Positions 1 through 9,763 of a stretch of 64,000 bases of DNA are shown piece after piece. The stretch spans positions 730-64,729 of the forward strand of contig CALFUT010000003.1 in NCBI GenBank assembly GCA_937929805.1, written 5' to 3'. Origin of the DNA: an uncultured Pirellulaceae bacterium (GTDB taxonomy: Bacteria > Planctomycetota > Planctomycetia > Pirellulales > Pirellulaceae). A program made the translations under genes and the position numbers. Every line of letters begins with the position of its first letter. Within the stretch, counting starts at the first letter, position 1. A model generated the notes under the pieces. The model ran no database searches. It was not told the origin of the DNA and saw only the letters and a list, made by a program, of their open reading frames with translations.

Positions 1-54
1 ACAGACGTATCGCTACCGCCGCTTTCGCAACATTTTATCGCGATGAACTCGAAC

Positions 55-735
55 CTAACGGACTCGCCAGTGGTATTGGTGATGATGGCCGGGACGTGGC
101 TTGTACGCCGGTTTGTAGCCGTAGCGAGGCTGACTGTAGATCTGAATGCCGAGCGGTATTGCTTGCCGGACCACCACAGACGGGGCCACCGCGACCACGG
201 GTGCCGGTGCGGCAATGACTCTTCTTGCAGCAGGAACTTGACTGGCCAGTCGAGCCCCTTGCATGGCGGTTATAACTGCTTCGCTGACGCCGCTTTTGTG
301 TAGATGCACGATGTCGCTGACCGTCAATCGATGAGTCACGCCGTGCTCAAGAATCTGATTGGTAATCAGGTTCGGGCCGACGCCATTCTGAGATAGAACA
401 ATCGCATCCTCGATCGAAACGGCATGCCCCAAACGTTCTTGGTAAGCCAACTGAGCCTGTCGCTGATACTGCTGTTGCTGAATCGCAAGGTTGTCATCGG
501 CTTTGCCTGCCAAACCACCTGCCAGGGCTCCGACCACACCACCGATCGCAACTCCGCCAAGTGTTTCATCGTTCTGGTGACCTGCGATACCGCCAATAAT
601 GGCACCCGCAATTCCACCTAGCTTAGCGCCCTGCTGAGCGTTCGATTGCGGTGCTTGAAAAATTTGAGCTTGAGAGTTCCCTGCTAACAAGGCACCCACC
701 AAACATGCGGCAAAGAGTTTTGTATTTTGAATCAT
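55..735 (-). CDS. Secreted glycine-zipper domain protein
   Basis: Start moved to ATG at 735 (MIQNTKLFAACLVGALLAGNSQA, signal-peptide-like). Contains GGIAGAIIGGIAG and GVAIGGVVGALAGGLAG glycine zippers and a Pro/His-rich tail. Confidence 0.75.
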   Translation of the reverse strand: MIQNTKLFAACLVGALLAGNSQAQIFQAPQSNAQQGAKLGGIAGAIIGGIAGHQNDETLGGVAIGGVVGALAGGLAGKADDNLAIQQQQYQRQAQLAYQERLGHAVSIEDAIVLSQNGVGPNLITNQILEHGVTHRLTVSDIVHLHKSGVSEAVITAMQGARLASQVPAARRVIAAPAPVVAVAPSVVVRQAIPLGIQIYSQPRYGYKPAYKPRPGHHHQYHWRVR

Positions 736-940
736 CACGGCCCAGCTCCTGTTTCCCGGAAGGAGAACATTCGAAAATTGAATGTGGGAAACTAGCGAAT
801 TGCCAAGATCTGCAAAAGAGAAATTGTGCCGCCACCAATTGGTATCGAATACCGGTGCCACCAACAAAAAACCGTCGATTATCGTAGCTTCGCCCCTACC
901 GCGGTCAGCGTTCGGTATTCAAAAACACGGTTATTTCGCG

Positions 941-1089
941 GAGAGACTGCCATTTTTTGTGACGGGCGTTTCACTGCCGCGCTCACGCCGTTCGTAGTCG
1001 CGGCTTTAGTCGCTTGAGGACGGCAGCCAAAAGCCAAAGGCTAAAGCCTTTACTACGAACCCTGCTCTCGAAAACCTCACAGCCTCGCC
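941..1089. repeat. ~150-bp dispersed REP/MITE-like element (family C, copy 1)
   Basis: Aligns along its length with 40107..40250 (shared ATTTTTTGTGACG, GTAGTnGCGGCTTnAGTCGCTTGA, TTTACTACGAACCnTGCTCTC). Intergenic. Confidence 0.75.
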
Positions 1090-1114
1090 ACGAAAAACGG
1101 ATTTCCGAAAATAC

Positions 1115-3901
1115 TTACTTCTCTTTCTTCTCTTCCACATCACCTTCAAAATCACCCGCTGCAAAACCTGTTAGTCGATCGACATCAATCAAATTTCGCA
1201 ACGCAGCGGTCACTGCATCCGCATCAAGACTTTGCATGCGCTGATCGCTTTCTTGGTAGAAGGCCATCGTGCGATCGGCCTCGAGGTTTTTGATCAAGAT
1301 TGATGCCAACTTTGAGTCATCAGCGCGCGAGCCTTCACGATTTTTCAGGTAGCCGTCACGAGCCGCTTCCAACTCTTCCGTCTTCGGCCCATCCTCTAAC
1401 AGCAGACGAATCTGTTCATCGATCGTCGAGATCACTTCATCGTTGTTCTCTGGATTCGAAATCGCGTACACCATGAACATGGCTCGCGGGTCCAAATGGT
1501 TTGCTGTGAATTGTGATCGCACCGTGTACGACAAACCTTTTTCTTTCCGGACGGTGTCGGCAAGACGCGACGACAGCGGACCGCCACCCAGAATATAGTT
1601 TCCGACCAACGCGGCTTCGTACTGATCGTCGCCCTCTTGCATCGGTAGCATCAATCCGGCGATGTACATCGAGTTCGCCTTGCCGGGCGTTTCAATTTTT
1701 TGCAGCGAACCACTCGCCGCAGGCTTGACCGGCAACGAGAAACGTTCGTAGTCAGCCGACGCCTGCCAGTCGCCGAACACGGATTCCAACTGCGACGTGG
1801 CCAACTCCGCATCCACATCGCCCGCGATCGCGACCTCGACATGCTGTCCGTTAAGATATTCTGCATGCAGTTTCTTAATCTCCGAAATATCGATCGCTTT
1901 GTATCGTTCGATCTCTTCTTCGTAAGTTGGGAAATAGCGAACATCGTCCGCGGGCAGCGGATACAGCGCACGATAGAGTGCATTGCTGCCAAGCGCCGTG
2001 GGCTCGGACAGCTGCGACTCGTACGCCGTGACTCTTTCTTGGCGAACGATGTCCAATTGCTCCTCTTCCAGCAGTGGCTCACGAACGATCTGCTTGAGCA
2101 ACTCCATCGCGGCAGCGAAATGCTCGCGTTTTGTCTGTAGCATGATTGACATCGAACCGGCTCCGCCCGAAATACTGAGCGTCGTCTCAAGCTCGTCCAG
2201 CCGATCTTTGACCTGTTGGAACGTCAGCTCTTTGGTTCCTCGCTGCAACAACGAGGGCAGCACCTCGGACACCGGCACCAACCCTTTCAAGTTTTCCAAA
2301 TCACCGAAGTGCATTTTGGCTCGCATGACCACACGTTCACCCCGAGTCTTTTTCGGGACAATCGCGTACTTCAAACCGGAATCTAGTGCGCCACTGATCG
2401 TTCGAGCGTCGATGTTCTCGGGCGACGGATCGAATGATTCCCCGCTGGCAATCGCTTCACGCCCCTTGTAGCCGTCCAATGCCTTCGCCAACTGAGGACG
2501 CGACGGCAGCGGAGAACGTTCAGGTTCTTCCGTTGGAATGAACACGCCCATCGTCCGGTTTGCGGGAAGCAGATACTTTTGCGCCGCAGCTTTCACGTCA
2601 TCCGCAGTCACGGCTTCCAGTCGGTCACGATGAAGGAAGTACAATCGCCAATCGCCGTAGGCACGCCACTCACTGAGCGCCACGGCAAACTTCGCGCTGT
2701 CGGCAAATGTCTTCTCGCGCGTTTTCATCAGCTTGCGGACCGCCCGCTTCACGTCTTCCGGTTCGATCCCAGCTTCTGCGATGCCCTCGATGGCCGAGAG
2801 AAATTCCTCTTTCACGTCCTCGACATCCGCATCCGCAGGCAAGTCGCACATCGCGATCATCATTCCGGGATCGTGCGACTTGATCATGAACGTGCTAACC
2901 GTCGAAGCGATCCCCGGTTCGACCAATTGCTTGTACAATCGGCCCGATGGCTCCATCCCAAGAATTGTTGACAGCACCTGAGCCGCCGCAAAGTCTTCGT
3001 TGCCTGCCGCCGGAAAGTGGTAGCCGGCACCGATCAAAGGAACATCGCCTTCACGACGGAGGGTGACCAGTCGCTCGCCATCCTGTGCCGGTTCTTCGGT
3101 GTACGTCTTTTCAAGCTCACGCTTTGGACGCTTGAGGGAACCAAAATATTTGGTGCACAACTCAAGTGCGTGATCTTTATCAAACTTTCCAGCGACAACG
3201 ACCATCACGTTGTCGGACTGATAATACTTGCGATAGAACTTCCGAAGTCGATCGATTGGAACACGCTCGATATCGCTGCGGTTCCCGATGGTGGCTTTGC
3301 CGTAATTGTGCCATTGAAATGCGTTGGTCATGATCCGCTGAAACAGAATCCGCTGCGGGCTGTTTTCGCCACGCTCGAATTCGTTTCGCACAACGGTCAT
3401 TTCGGATGCAAGATCTTCACCGCGCACCCAGCTGTTAATTAAACGGTCGGCTTCCATGTGGATCGCGAACTCAAGGTTCTCTTTCGACGCCGGCAGCGTT
3501 TCGTAATAGTTGGTGCGGTCGTACCAAGTCGTGCCGTTCATGTTCAGCACGCCTTTATCCTTGAGCCATTTCGGCGTGTCCGGATAAGTGTCGGTGCCTT
3601 TGAACAACAAGTGCTCCAGCAGATGAGCCATCCCCGATTCGCCGTAGCCCTCGTGCCGCGATCCCACCAGCACGGTCATATTGACCGTGAACTGCGGCTT
3701 CGACTGGTCAGGAAACAGCAGCAACTGGACTCCGTTTTCGTATCGGTATTCAGTGATACCTTCAACTTCCGTGATTAGCTTGGGCGCCTGAGCGTTCGTG
3801 GTCGCGGGCATGGAGATAATTCCTGTGACGATGGCCGACACAACCGTGCAAGCGAGCAAACGATTGGCGATTTCGGTTAAATTTAAAACGATGCGGATCA
3901 T
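1115..3901 (-). CDS. M16 family zinc metallopeptidase (insulinase/PqqL-like, two-module, signal peptide)
   Basis: Inverted zinc motif HLLEH, NGTTWYDRTNYYE, EMTVVRNEFE; long N-terminal hydrophobic signal. Confidence 0.95.
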   Translation of the reverse strand: MIRIVLNLTEIANRLLACTVVSAIVTGIISMPATTNAQAPKLITEVEGITEYRYENGVQLLLFPDQSKPQFTVNMTVLVGSRHEGYGESGMAHLLEHLLFKGTDTYPDTPKWLKDKGVLNMNGTTWYDRTNYYETLPASKENLEFAIHMEADRLINSWVRGEDLASEMTVVRNEFERGENSPQRILFQRIMTNAFQWHNYGKATIGNRSDIERVPIDRLRKFYRKYYQSDNVMVVVAGKFDKDHALELCTKYFGSLKRPKRELEKTYTEEPAQDGERLVTLRREGDVPLIGAGYHFPAAGNEDFAAAQVLSTILGMEPSGRLYKQLVEPGIASTVSTFMIKSHDPGMMIAMCDLPADADVEDVKEEFLSAIEGIAEAGIEPEDVKRAVRKLMKTREKTFADSAKFAVALSEWRAYGDWRLYFLHRDRLEAVTADDVKAAAQKYLLPANRTMGVFIPTEEPERSPLPSRPQLAKALDGYKGREAIASGESFDPSPENIDARTISGALDSGLKYAIVPKKTRGERVVMRAKMHFGDLENLKGLVPVSEVLPSLLQRGTKELTFQQVKDRLDELETTLSISGGAGSMSIMLQTKREHFAAAMELLKQIVREPLLEEEQLDIVRQERVTAYESQLSEPTALGSNALYRALYPLPADDVRYFPTYEEEIERYKAIDISEIKKLHAEYLNGQHVEVAIAGDVDAELATSQLESVFGDWQASADYERFSLPVKPAASGSLQKIETPGKANSMYIAGLMLPMQEGDDQYEAALVGNYILGGGPLSSRLADTVRKEKGLSYTVRSQFTANHLDPRAMFMVYAISNPENNDEVISTIDEQIRLLLEDGPKTEELEAARDGYLKNREGSRADDSKLASILIKNLEADRTMAFYQESDQRMQSLDADAVTAALRNLIDVDRLTGFAAGDFEGDVEEKKEK

Positions 3902-4119
3902 TAGATTCCTGTCGCAAATAATTTTGGTGGTCGCTGGTTCAGGGCAAATGTCAGACTAAAAATCAGAGCAATCAGAGACTGCACGAGCCCGCCATGTTTT
4001 ACCAGGTTTCCCTCCGATTGATAATGCCGATGTGCCACAGATAGAATCAGCAGCTACCTACGCTTACACACCGACCGATCGCCTCGGACCACGTCATCGA
4101 CTTCAACGCAAGCAACATC

Positions 4120-4782
4120 ATGGACTCCTCGCAAATCGCCTCAATCATCAAGCGACGCCAAACATGGAAAGTTCTGGCTCCCGTTGACCAGCCAATCATT
4201 CACTCGCGCGAAACGCTAGACCGTGGCGACGATGCACTTCGAGAAGCTATCGCGGTCGCGGGCTGGGCTCCGTTTCACTACGACCGAGCGGTTGACGGCG
4301 TGAAAGAGCCGTGGCGAGTCCATGTGCTTGACCAAACAAAGTGCCGATCTTTGGCCACCGAGTTTGCCGGCTTGTTCCCAGACATCAAACCCACGAACAA
4401 ATTGCCAACCATGCTGTCTGCTTGCGGCGCACTCGCACTGGTCACTTGGCTGCCGCAGTTTTCACACGGGGCTCACGGCAATAATGACGCAGTCGCGAAA
4501 GATAAACAAACCCAAGTCGATGAAGAACACTTGGCGGCCACATCGGCATACGTCCAAAATCTAATGTTGTTGCTGACGGCCGACGGCTTTGGAACCTATT
4601 GGTCCAGCGGAGGACAGTTTCGCACCATGCCGATGTTCGAACATTTGAGCATTCCGGCGAACGAGCGACTGCTAGCCGCCGTTTTTGTCGACTACGCCTC
4701 AGACAGCAGTTCACCGGAACGCATCGCGGGGAAGCTGCAGGATCAACGCTCGCCCTCGGACAAATGGACACGTTGGGTGTAG
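4120..4782 (+). CDS. Nitroreductase family protein
   Basis: IIKRRQTWK, AGWAPFH, EPWRVHVL and AATSAYVQNLMLLLTADGFGTYWSSG match the nitroreductase FMN-binding pattern. Confidence 0.8.
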   Translation: MDSSQIASIIKRRQTWKVLAPVDQPIIHSRETLDRGDDALREAIAVAGWAPFHYDRAVDGVKEPWRVHVLDQTKCRSLATEFAGLFPDIKPTNKLPTMLSACGALALVTWLPQFSHGAHGNNDAVAKDKQTQVDEEHLAATSAYVQNLMLLLTADGFGTYWSSGGQFRTMPMFEHLSIPANERLLAAVFVDYASDSSSPERIAGKLQDQRSPSDKWTRWV

Positions 4783-4908
4783 GGTTTTCATGCTCTCACG
4801 CCACGTGTTTGAGCGTTTGCCGAACAATAGGTACAATGCAGCTTGATCCGAGCAGAGCGTTTGCACTCTTGGCTGAAAACTGAACACTTCAAACTGAAAA
4901 CTGTTTCC

Positions 4909-5313
4909 ATGATCGAAGTTCAACTTACCCGGATCATCATCAGCGAAGTCAATGAGAATCAGGCGGTGTTTCTGAAAGAGATCGATGGCGACCGTCAGTT
5001 CCCGATCATGATCGGATTCTTCGAGGCAACGGCGATTGACCGTCGAGTCAAATCGATCGAGCGGCCGCGTCCGTTGACGCATGATTTGCTGGTGGGAGTC
5101 GTCGATCAATTGGGAGGAACGCTCGACAGCGTCGTCATCAATGATCTAAAGCAGAACACTTACTTCGCCACCTTGCGAATCACTGCTGGCAACGAAATTC
5201 ATGACATTGACGCTCGCCCGTCCGACGCGATTGCCGTCGCGATGTCCTGCGATCCTCCGCTGCCGATCTATGTCAAAGAGGAGGTCCTTAACGCCGCCTC
5301 GGGCAAGAAGTAG
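4909..5313 (+). CDS. Bifunctional nuclease family protein (DUF151)
   Basis: FPIMIGFFEATAI, RPLTHDLL and IDARPSDAIAVA motifs. Start placed at ATG 4909. Confidence 0.92.
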   Translation: MIEVQLTRIIISEVNENQAVFLKEIDGDRQFPIMIGFFEATAIDRRVKSIERPRPLTHDLLVGVVDQLGGTLDSVVINDLKQNTYFATLRITAGNEIHDIDARPSDAIAVAMSCDPPLPIYVKEEVLNAASGKK

Positions 5314-5476
5314 CGCCTTGCAAACGGACGCCTCATGGTTGGAACGGTTGTCCTCAACCGTTTGCGTCGTCTTGGACAACGGCCAATACGGGACAAACCT
5401 TCCACGCGTTGGCAGGCCAACGACCAATTGGCGAGCCGGACTTCTCAAACAATTGGGACAATTGTCCTACAATGGC

Positions 5477-6739
5477 TCAAACAATTGCCGTGTCGACAGC
5501 GTGGACCCCGGCTCCCTCATGCCGAACCGCCAGTTGCTGACCCAGCGTATCCAACGCTCCGCCATAACGCTGGGTGAACAACAAGCTACCCGATTCAGGG
5601 CCGGTGACCTCGATTCGATTGGTCACGATCCCCGATCGCATGCTTAACTGAGAAGTCGCTCGGTCCAGCTGCAGTTCATTGTCAGAAAAGAACCACTGAC
5701 GCTGCTTCAGCGACCAGCCCGTATCGTTAGGCGTCAGCTCGATCCGCGCCTTGGCTGGAAACGGACCGAAAGCCTTTTGAGCAAACACGATTAACGAGCC
5801 TCCCGCCGGCTGGCCGTAAGAGGGGCTTAGGCGAGCCCAAATCGGATCCACCAACACGTTCCTCAGCCAAGTCACACGGCGTTGAGTCCAGCGAAACGCA
5901 ACCAAGCAAACCGCGAACAGAATCAAGTTCAAGACTGTCGCGATCATCGGACTGTATGCGTAGATCGCGATCAAACCGGCACACAAAGACTTGTTGCCCG
6001 CTTCCAGCAGCGCGTCGACAAACGGAAACGGAGTCAACCAGACCATGACCTCGCAGAAGAACTTAACGCTATTGATCACAAGAATGTTGATGATCGCGGC
6101 GATCGAAAGTAACGCGTCGGACGTAAAGCTAAAGAAGCCCATGTGCATGACCTGAACGTCAGCCATCGCCATTTCGGGCGTTGACTCGATGGATCCGGCG
6201 TACCATCGGATAATCAGAATCGTAATGATCGCTGCATAAGTTTCGACTTGATCGATCGCTTGAGCCATTGGCTTGCTAACCTTGGTCAGGCGAGGCAACG
6301 ATGTCAGTAAAGTCAATCCGACAAAAATCCACAGCACGACCGGGTCGTTCAGAATGGCGTTGTTGCTTAGAAACGTGTTCCCCGGAATCCACTCGGCTCC
6401 ATACTGAGACAATGCGGCAAGGCATGCGATGCCAAAAAACGGTGACAAAGCGATCGGTGCCATCGGCCCCAACCATTCGGCGACGCTCGCGGATTGACTC
6501 AACCCTTCCAATGCTGCGACGCGAGCCATATCGCCGGCAGGCAACGGATCTCCGGACAGGTTCTCGCCAACGAATTCATTCAGATGTGAATCCAAGTCGA
6601 GCGGTAGATCTGGAATCTGCACCGGGGCAGACGACGCTTGGTAGGCTCCAAGGCTGAAAACGCACAGCAAGATCAGCACCAATCGAGGGAGCAATCGCTG
6701 CAATCGTTCTGCGCGAGCATTTGTCTTTTCGAGTTTCAT
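5477..6739 (-). CDS. Multi-pass membrane protein (DUF4126-like N-terminal region)
   Basis: 420-aa ORF with several hydrophobic helices. PFFGIACLAALSQ...LPRLTKVSKPMAQAIDQVE resembles DUF4126; family assignment tentative. Confidence 0.6.
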   Translation of the reverse strand: MKLEKTNARAERLQRLLPRLVLILLCVFSLGAYQASSAPVQIPDLPLDLDSHLNEFVGENLSGDPLPAGDMARVAALEGLSQSASVAEWLGPMAPIALSPFFGIACLAALSQYGAEWIPGNTFLSNNAILNDPVVLWIFVGLTLLTSLPRLTKVSKPMAQAIDQVETYAAIITILIIRWYAGSIESTPEMAMADVQVMHMGFFSFTSDALLSIAAIINILVINSVKFFCEVMVWLTPFPFVDALLEAGNKSLCAGLIAIYAYSPMIATVLNLILFAVCLVAFRWTQRRVTWLRNVLVDPIWARLSPSYGQPAGGSLIVFAQKAFGPFPAKARIELTPNDTGWSLKQRQWFFSDNELQLDRATSQLSMRSGIVTNRIEVTGPESGSLLFTQRYGGALDTLGQQLAVRHEGAGVHAVDTAIV

Positions 6740-6998
6740 AATTCTGCAAAAGTTGGAAGTGAAAGACCGGGCGAATTATACCGTAATGCCATGGAGAGTT
6801 CGGTTTCAATCGCATTTTACCGATATCTGAGCGGTTGGTCCGCCACTGGACATTGGTTTGATCCGGCGACTGCTGGAACGAACGTCGCGAAGTGAACTCA
6901 TAATGTCGATCAAAAAACTGATGATGCGTGACTGTCGTCAAATCGATACGATAGCTTTTCGTTATGTGGATACCGATCCTGAACGTGTCCCAATCTGA

Positions 6999-8333
6999 AT
7001 GCCGGAGCATATTCAAATGTCATCAGCCGTCGCCGAAATGACCAAGCCCTCGAAGCCTCACTACCGCGCAATTTACGATGACGTGATCGCCACGGACGCT
7101 CGTTACAATCAAGCCGAAAATTCACCCGGTTTTCAGGTCGTGGTTGGCAACAGCGAGTGCTTGAAAATGCTTCAAGGCAGAACGTTGGACGTTGGTTGCG
7201 GGGTAGGATTCGTCGTGGGGCATCTGGCAAACCCGATGTACCGATTCCATCCCTTTGGTGTCGACATCAGCGCAGAAGCGATCGACCGAGCGCGTCAGCG
7301 TTTGTCGTTCATCCCGCACGTGGAAGCTCGATTGCAGCTGATTGAAGATCAAACCCTTCCCTTTGAGGACGACTATTTCTCAGTCGTGACCTGCTTTGAC
7401 GTGCTAGAACATTTAGACCCGAGTGAAATCGATGCCACACTGGCCGAGATCTCACGAGTTTTGCGTCCTACCGGTTTGTTTATCGGGTCGGCTTCATGCC
7501 GCAAGGCAGGCATCACTGACAAGTTCGGAGACAACCTTCACCGAACCGTCCAATCGCCCAACTGGTGGATCGAGCGTACGCTGCCCGATCGCGCAGAATA
7601 CAACGGCAGCGAAATGCAGATCACGATGTGGAAGCGGCACTCGAACGAAAACACACCATTGTTCCCCGCGCCGAATGAAGTCACCACGTTGTTCCCTGCG
7701 GATGGCGGACCTTCCCAGCCAACCGATCAAACGTCACTCGCTGCGACGCCTCAATCTGAGCAACCCAAACGCGCCCAGCCAGCGATTGATGATTCGGATC
7801 CTCATAACTCGGCCCGACTGTACCAAGAAATTTACGAGCAGCACGAATGGTATGGGAACGCTGCCCAAGATCGCTGCCCGGGCGTAAGGTTGATCCCCGA
7901 GTACCAAGAATGGATTCAAAGTCCGGTGCTGGACCTTGGTTGTGGTCGCGGCCACACGGTTGAAAAACTTCGCGAGCTTGGCTTTGAGGCGGACGGGATT
8001 GACCAGATTAGCATTCACCCGGAAATGCAGGTGGGAAACATCACCAAACCGCTGGAAAACATGCGGCGTTACAAAAGCGTGGCCTGCATCGACTGCATTG
8101 AGCACTTGCATGAAGAACAAGTGCTGGGGCTGTTCGAAAATATGAAACAAGTGGATCGACAAGCGTTCTCGATTCACAACGGCCCGTCGGACGATACCGG
8201 CCAAGAGTTGCACGTCAACCGCATGGATTTTATTGATTGGTATCGTTTGATCGGTCAGCATTTTGACATTGGCGCCGCAATCAAAATTCACGACGAACAG
8301 ATGTTGTACCTGACCAAGCGGAAAAACGCCTAA
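6999..8333 (+). CDS. Tandem two-domain class I SAM-dependent methyltransferase
   Basis: Two motif-I copies (LDVGCGVG, LDLGCGRG) and two post-II copies (CFDVLEHL, CIDCIEHL), separated by a Pro/Thr/Gln linker. Confidence 0.88.
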   Translation: MPEHIQMSSAVAEMTKPSKPHYRAIYDDVIATDARYNQAENSPGFQVVVGNSECLKMLQGRTLDVGCGVGFVVGHLANPMYRFHPFGVDISAEAIDRARQRLSFIPHVEARLQLIEDQTLPFEDDYFSVVTCFDVLEHLDPSEIDATLAEISRVLRPTGLFIGSASCRKAGITDKFGDNLHRTVQSPNWWIERTLPDRAEYNGSEMQITMWKRHSNENTPLFPAPNEVTTLFPADGGPSQPTDQTSLAATPQSEQPKRAQPAIDDSDPHNSARLYQEIYEQHEWYGNAAQDRCPGVRLIPEYQEWIQSPVLDLGCGRGHTVEKLRELGFEADGIDQISIHPEMQVGNITKPLENMRRYKSVACIDCIEHLHEEQVLGLFENMKQVDRQAFSIHNGPSDDTGQELHVNRMDFIDWYRLIGQHFDIGAAIKIHDEQMLYLTKRKNA

Positions 8334-8387
8334 GCTTGGGCTAGGCCAAATCGCCATCCCGCTTTTGCAAAAAAGCAGAGAAGAAAC

Positions 8388-8969
8388 TTGAATACGCCAA
8401 CTCACATGTTGATCAACTGGACGTTGGCCAAATCGCTGCCGGTAAAAGCGTTCCCCAAAAGCGCGGTCTTGCTTGGATCGATCGCGCCCGATATCCCGCT
8501 CTATTTTCTGTCCATCGGTGGAGCGATGTGGTTCAGTTGGATTGAAAACATGAAACCGGGCCAAGTCGCCCAGCACATGTTTAAGAACTTGTTCTACAAC
8601 GATCCCGTTTGGATGTCCTTGCACAACGTGCTGCATTCGCCAACGGTCTTGATCGCTGCGTTGACTTTGCTTTGGTTCACGGAAGCAAGCGAGAAATTCG
8701 TCGCGTCTTGGTGGACATGGTTTTTTGGATCATGCTTGCTGCACACGCTGGTTGATATCCCCGTTCACCATGACGATGGCCCGCTGGTTTTCTGGCCACT
8801 GAACTGGAGTTTCCGGTACGCCAGTCCGCTGAGTTATTGGGACATGAATCATTGCGCGGCGTATGTGATCCCATTCGAGGTCACGCTGGCGATCGTGCTG
8901 ACACTGATACTGATCCGGAACTGGTTCAAGCGTGCTAAACCAGAACGCAAGGGCGTGTCCACTGACTAA
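8388..8969 (+). CDS. Membrane-bound metal-dependent hydrolase-like protein
   Basis: MNTPTH, LGSIAPDIP, HNVLHS, LHTLVDIPVHHDDG His/Asp pattern plus TM helices; TTG start. Confidence 0.7.
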   Translation: MNTPTHMLINWTLAKSLPVKAFPKSAVLLGSIAPDIPLYFLSIGGAMWFSWIENMKPGQVAQHMFKNLFYNDPVWMSLHNVLHSPTVLIAALTLLWFTEASEKFVASWWTWFFGSCLLHTLVDIPVHHDDGPLVFWPLNWSFRYASPLSYWDMNHCAAYVIPFEVTLAIVLTLILIRNWFKRAKPERKGVSTD

Positions 8970-9007
8970 GAATCCGCTTCGCGGTCTGTTGTCAGGCCGG
9001 AACTAAC

Positions 9008-9193
9008 GGGTGCCATGCTTAACGCCACCAAAGACACCGTGCAACCGCAGCGGACGGGCACGCTCATGCTTGTTGTGTGAGTGGGTAAGTGAGTGCGTAA
9101 GTGAGTGGGTAAGTGGTTGGTCAACGCTGCGTGAGCATGTTTCGATTGTCACCCTTGAAAGAGACCGCGACAGTTCAGGTGAACATGGCGCCC
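9008..9193. repeat. REP/MITE-like element (family A) with internal 3 x 12-bp tandem repeat
   Basis: Ends GGGTGCCATG (9008) and CATGGCGCCC (9184-9193) are inverted repeats with 1 mismatch. GTGAGTG(G/C)GTAA x3 at 9077-9112. Same motifs recur at 40717-40995. Confidence 0.7.
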
Positions 9194-9227
9194 CGGTCTC
9201 GTCCACAAAACTCTCAGTAGATCTATG

Positions 9228-9253
9228 AAAAAAGCCCGCTAAATAGCGGGCTT
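9228..9253 (-). terminator. Intrinsic terminator
   Basis: AAGCCCGCT-AAAT-AGCGGGCTT hairpin with an A-run on + (U-tract on -), downstream of the 9291..9524 gene. Confidence 0.8.
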
Positions 9254-9290
9254 CTGAATCTTTAAGCGTGGTTCAAACGACCGCGAAAAA

Positions 9291-9524
9291 TCACTCGCGC
9301 GGGCGAACGGCACCGGTCAGCCCGGAGTAATCTTTGCGGTCATCGCCGTGCCACAGTGGCTCGCCAGAAAGAACTCGCTGTCGCAGGGCTTCAATCTTCT
9401 CTTCTGACCCAGCAGGGGCATCAGTCGCTATAAAGCTTTCTCCCTCGTAAGGCACGAAATCTTCGTCGTGACCATACTCAAGAATGGCTTCGAAAACGTT
9501 CTTGATTTTCTTACGCGTCGACAT
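9291..9524 (-). CDS. Small (77 aa) acidic hypothetical protein
   Basis: AGGA SD upstream, own terminator and candidate promoter. TDAPAGSEEKIEALRQRVLSGEPLWHGDD looks like a conserved folded motif. Confidence 0.8.
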   Translation of the reverse strand: MSTRKKIKNVFEAILEYGHDEDFVPYEGESFIATDAPAGSEEKIEALRQRVLSGEPLWHGDDRKDYSGLTGAVRPRE

Positions 9525-9735
9525 GCAAAAATCCTATCGTCAATTTAAAGGAATGACTGGAGAGTCTGTAAAGCCCGATCGTTCAACCAACTTGCCTGCC
9601 TGAGAACTCAGCCAAGCCTAACGGGAAATCTCTTCTGCGATCGTGTAACTGGTTGAATAGGAGACTCAATCCAAAATTCGAAAACGTCCTTGTAGGAAAG
9701 CGAATGCGGCGTCCTTCGCTCGCGTTGATGCCTTC

Positions 9736-9763
9736 ATTATCTGCGACTCAAGGAACAAGTCAA
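9736..9763 (-). promoter_or_regulatory. Candidate sigma70-like promoter TTGACT-16-GATAAT
   Basis: Minus-strand TTGACT (9763-9758) and GATAAT (9741-9736); implies a ~200-nt leader before the ATG at 9524. Confidence 0.4.

Noticed and set aside
7734-8636. 300-aa minus-strand ORF
   Set aside because: Fully antisense to two well-supported plus-strand genes; no recognisable motifs.
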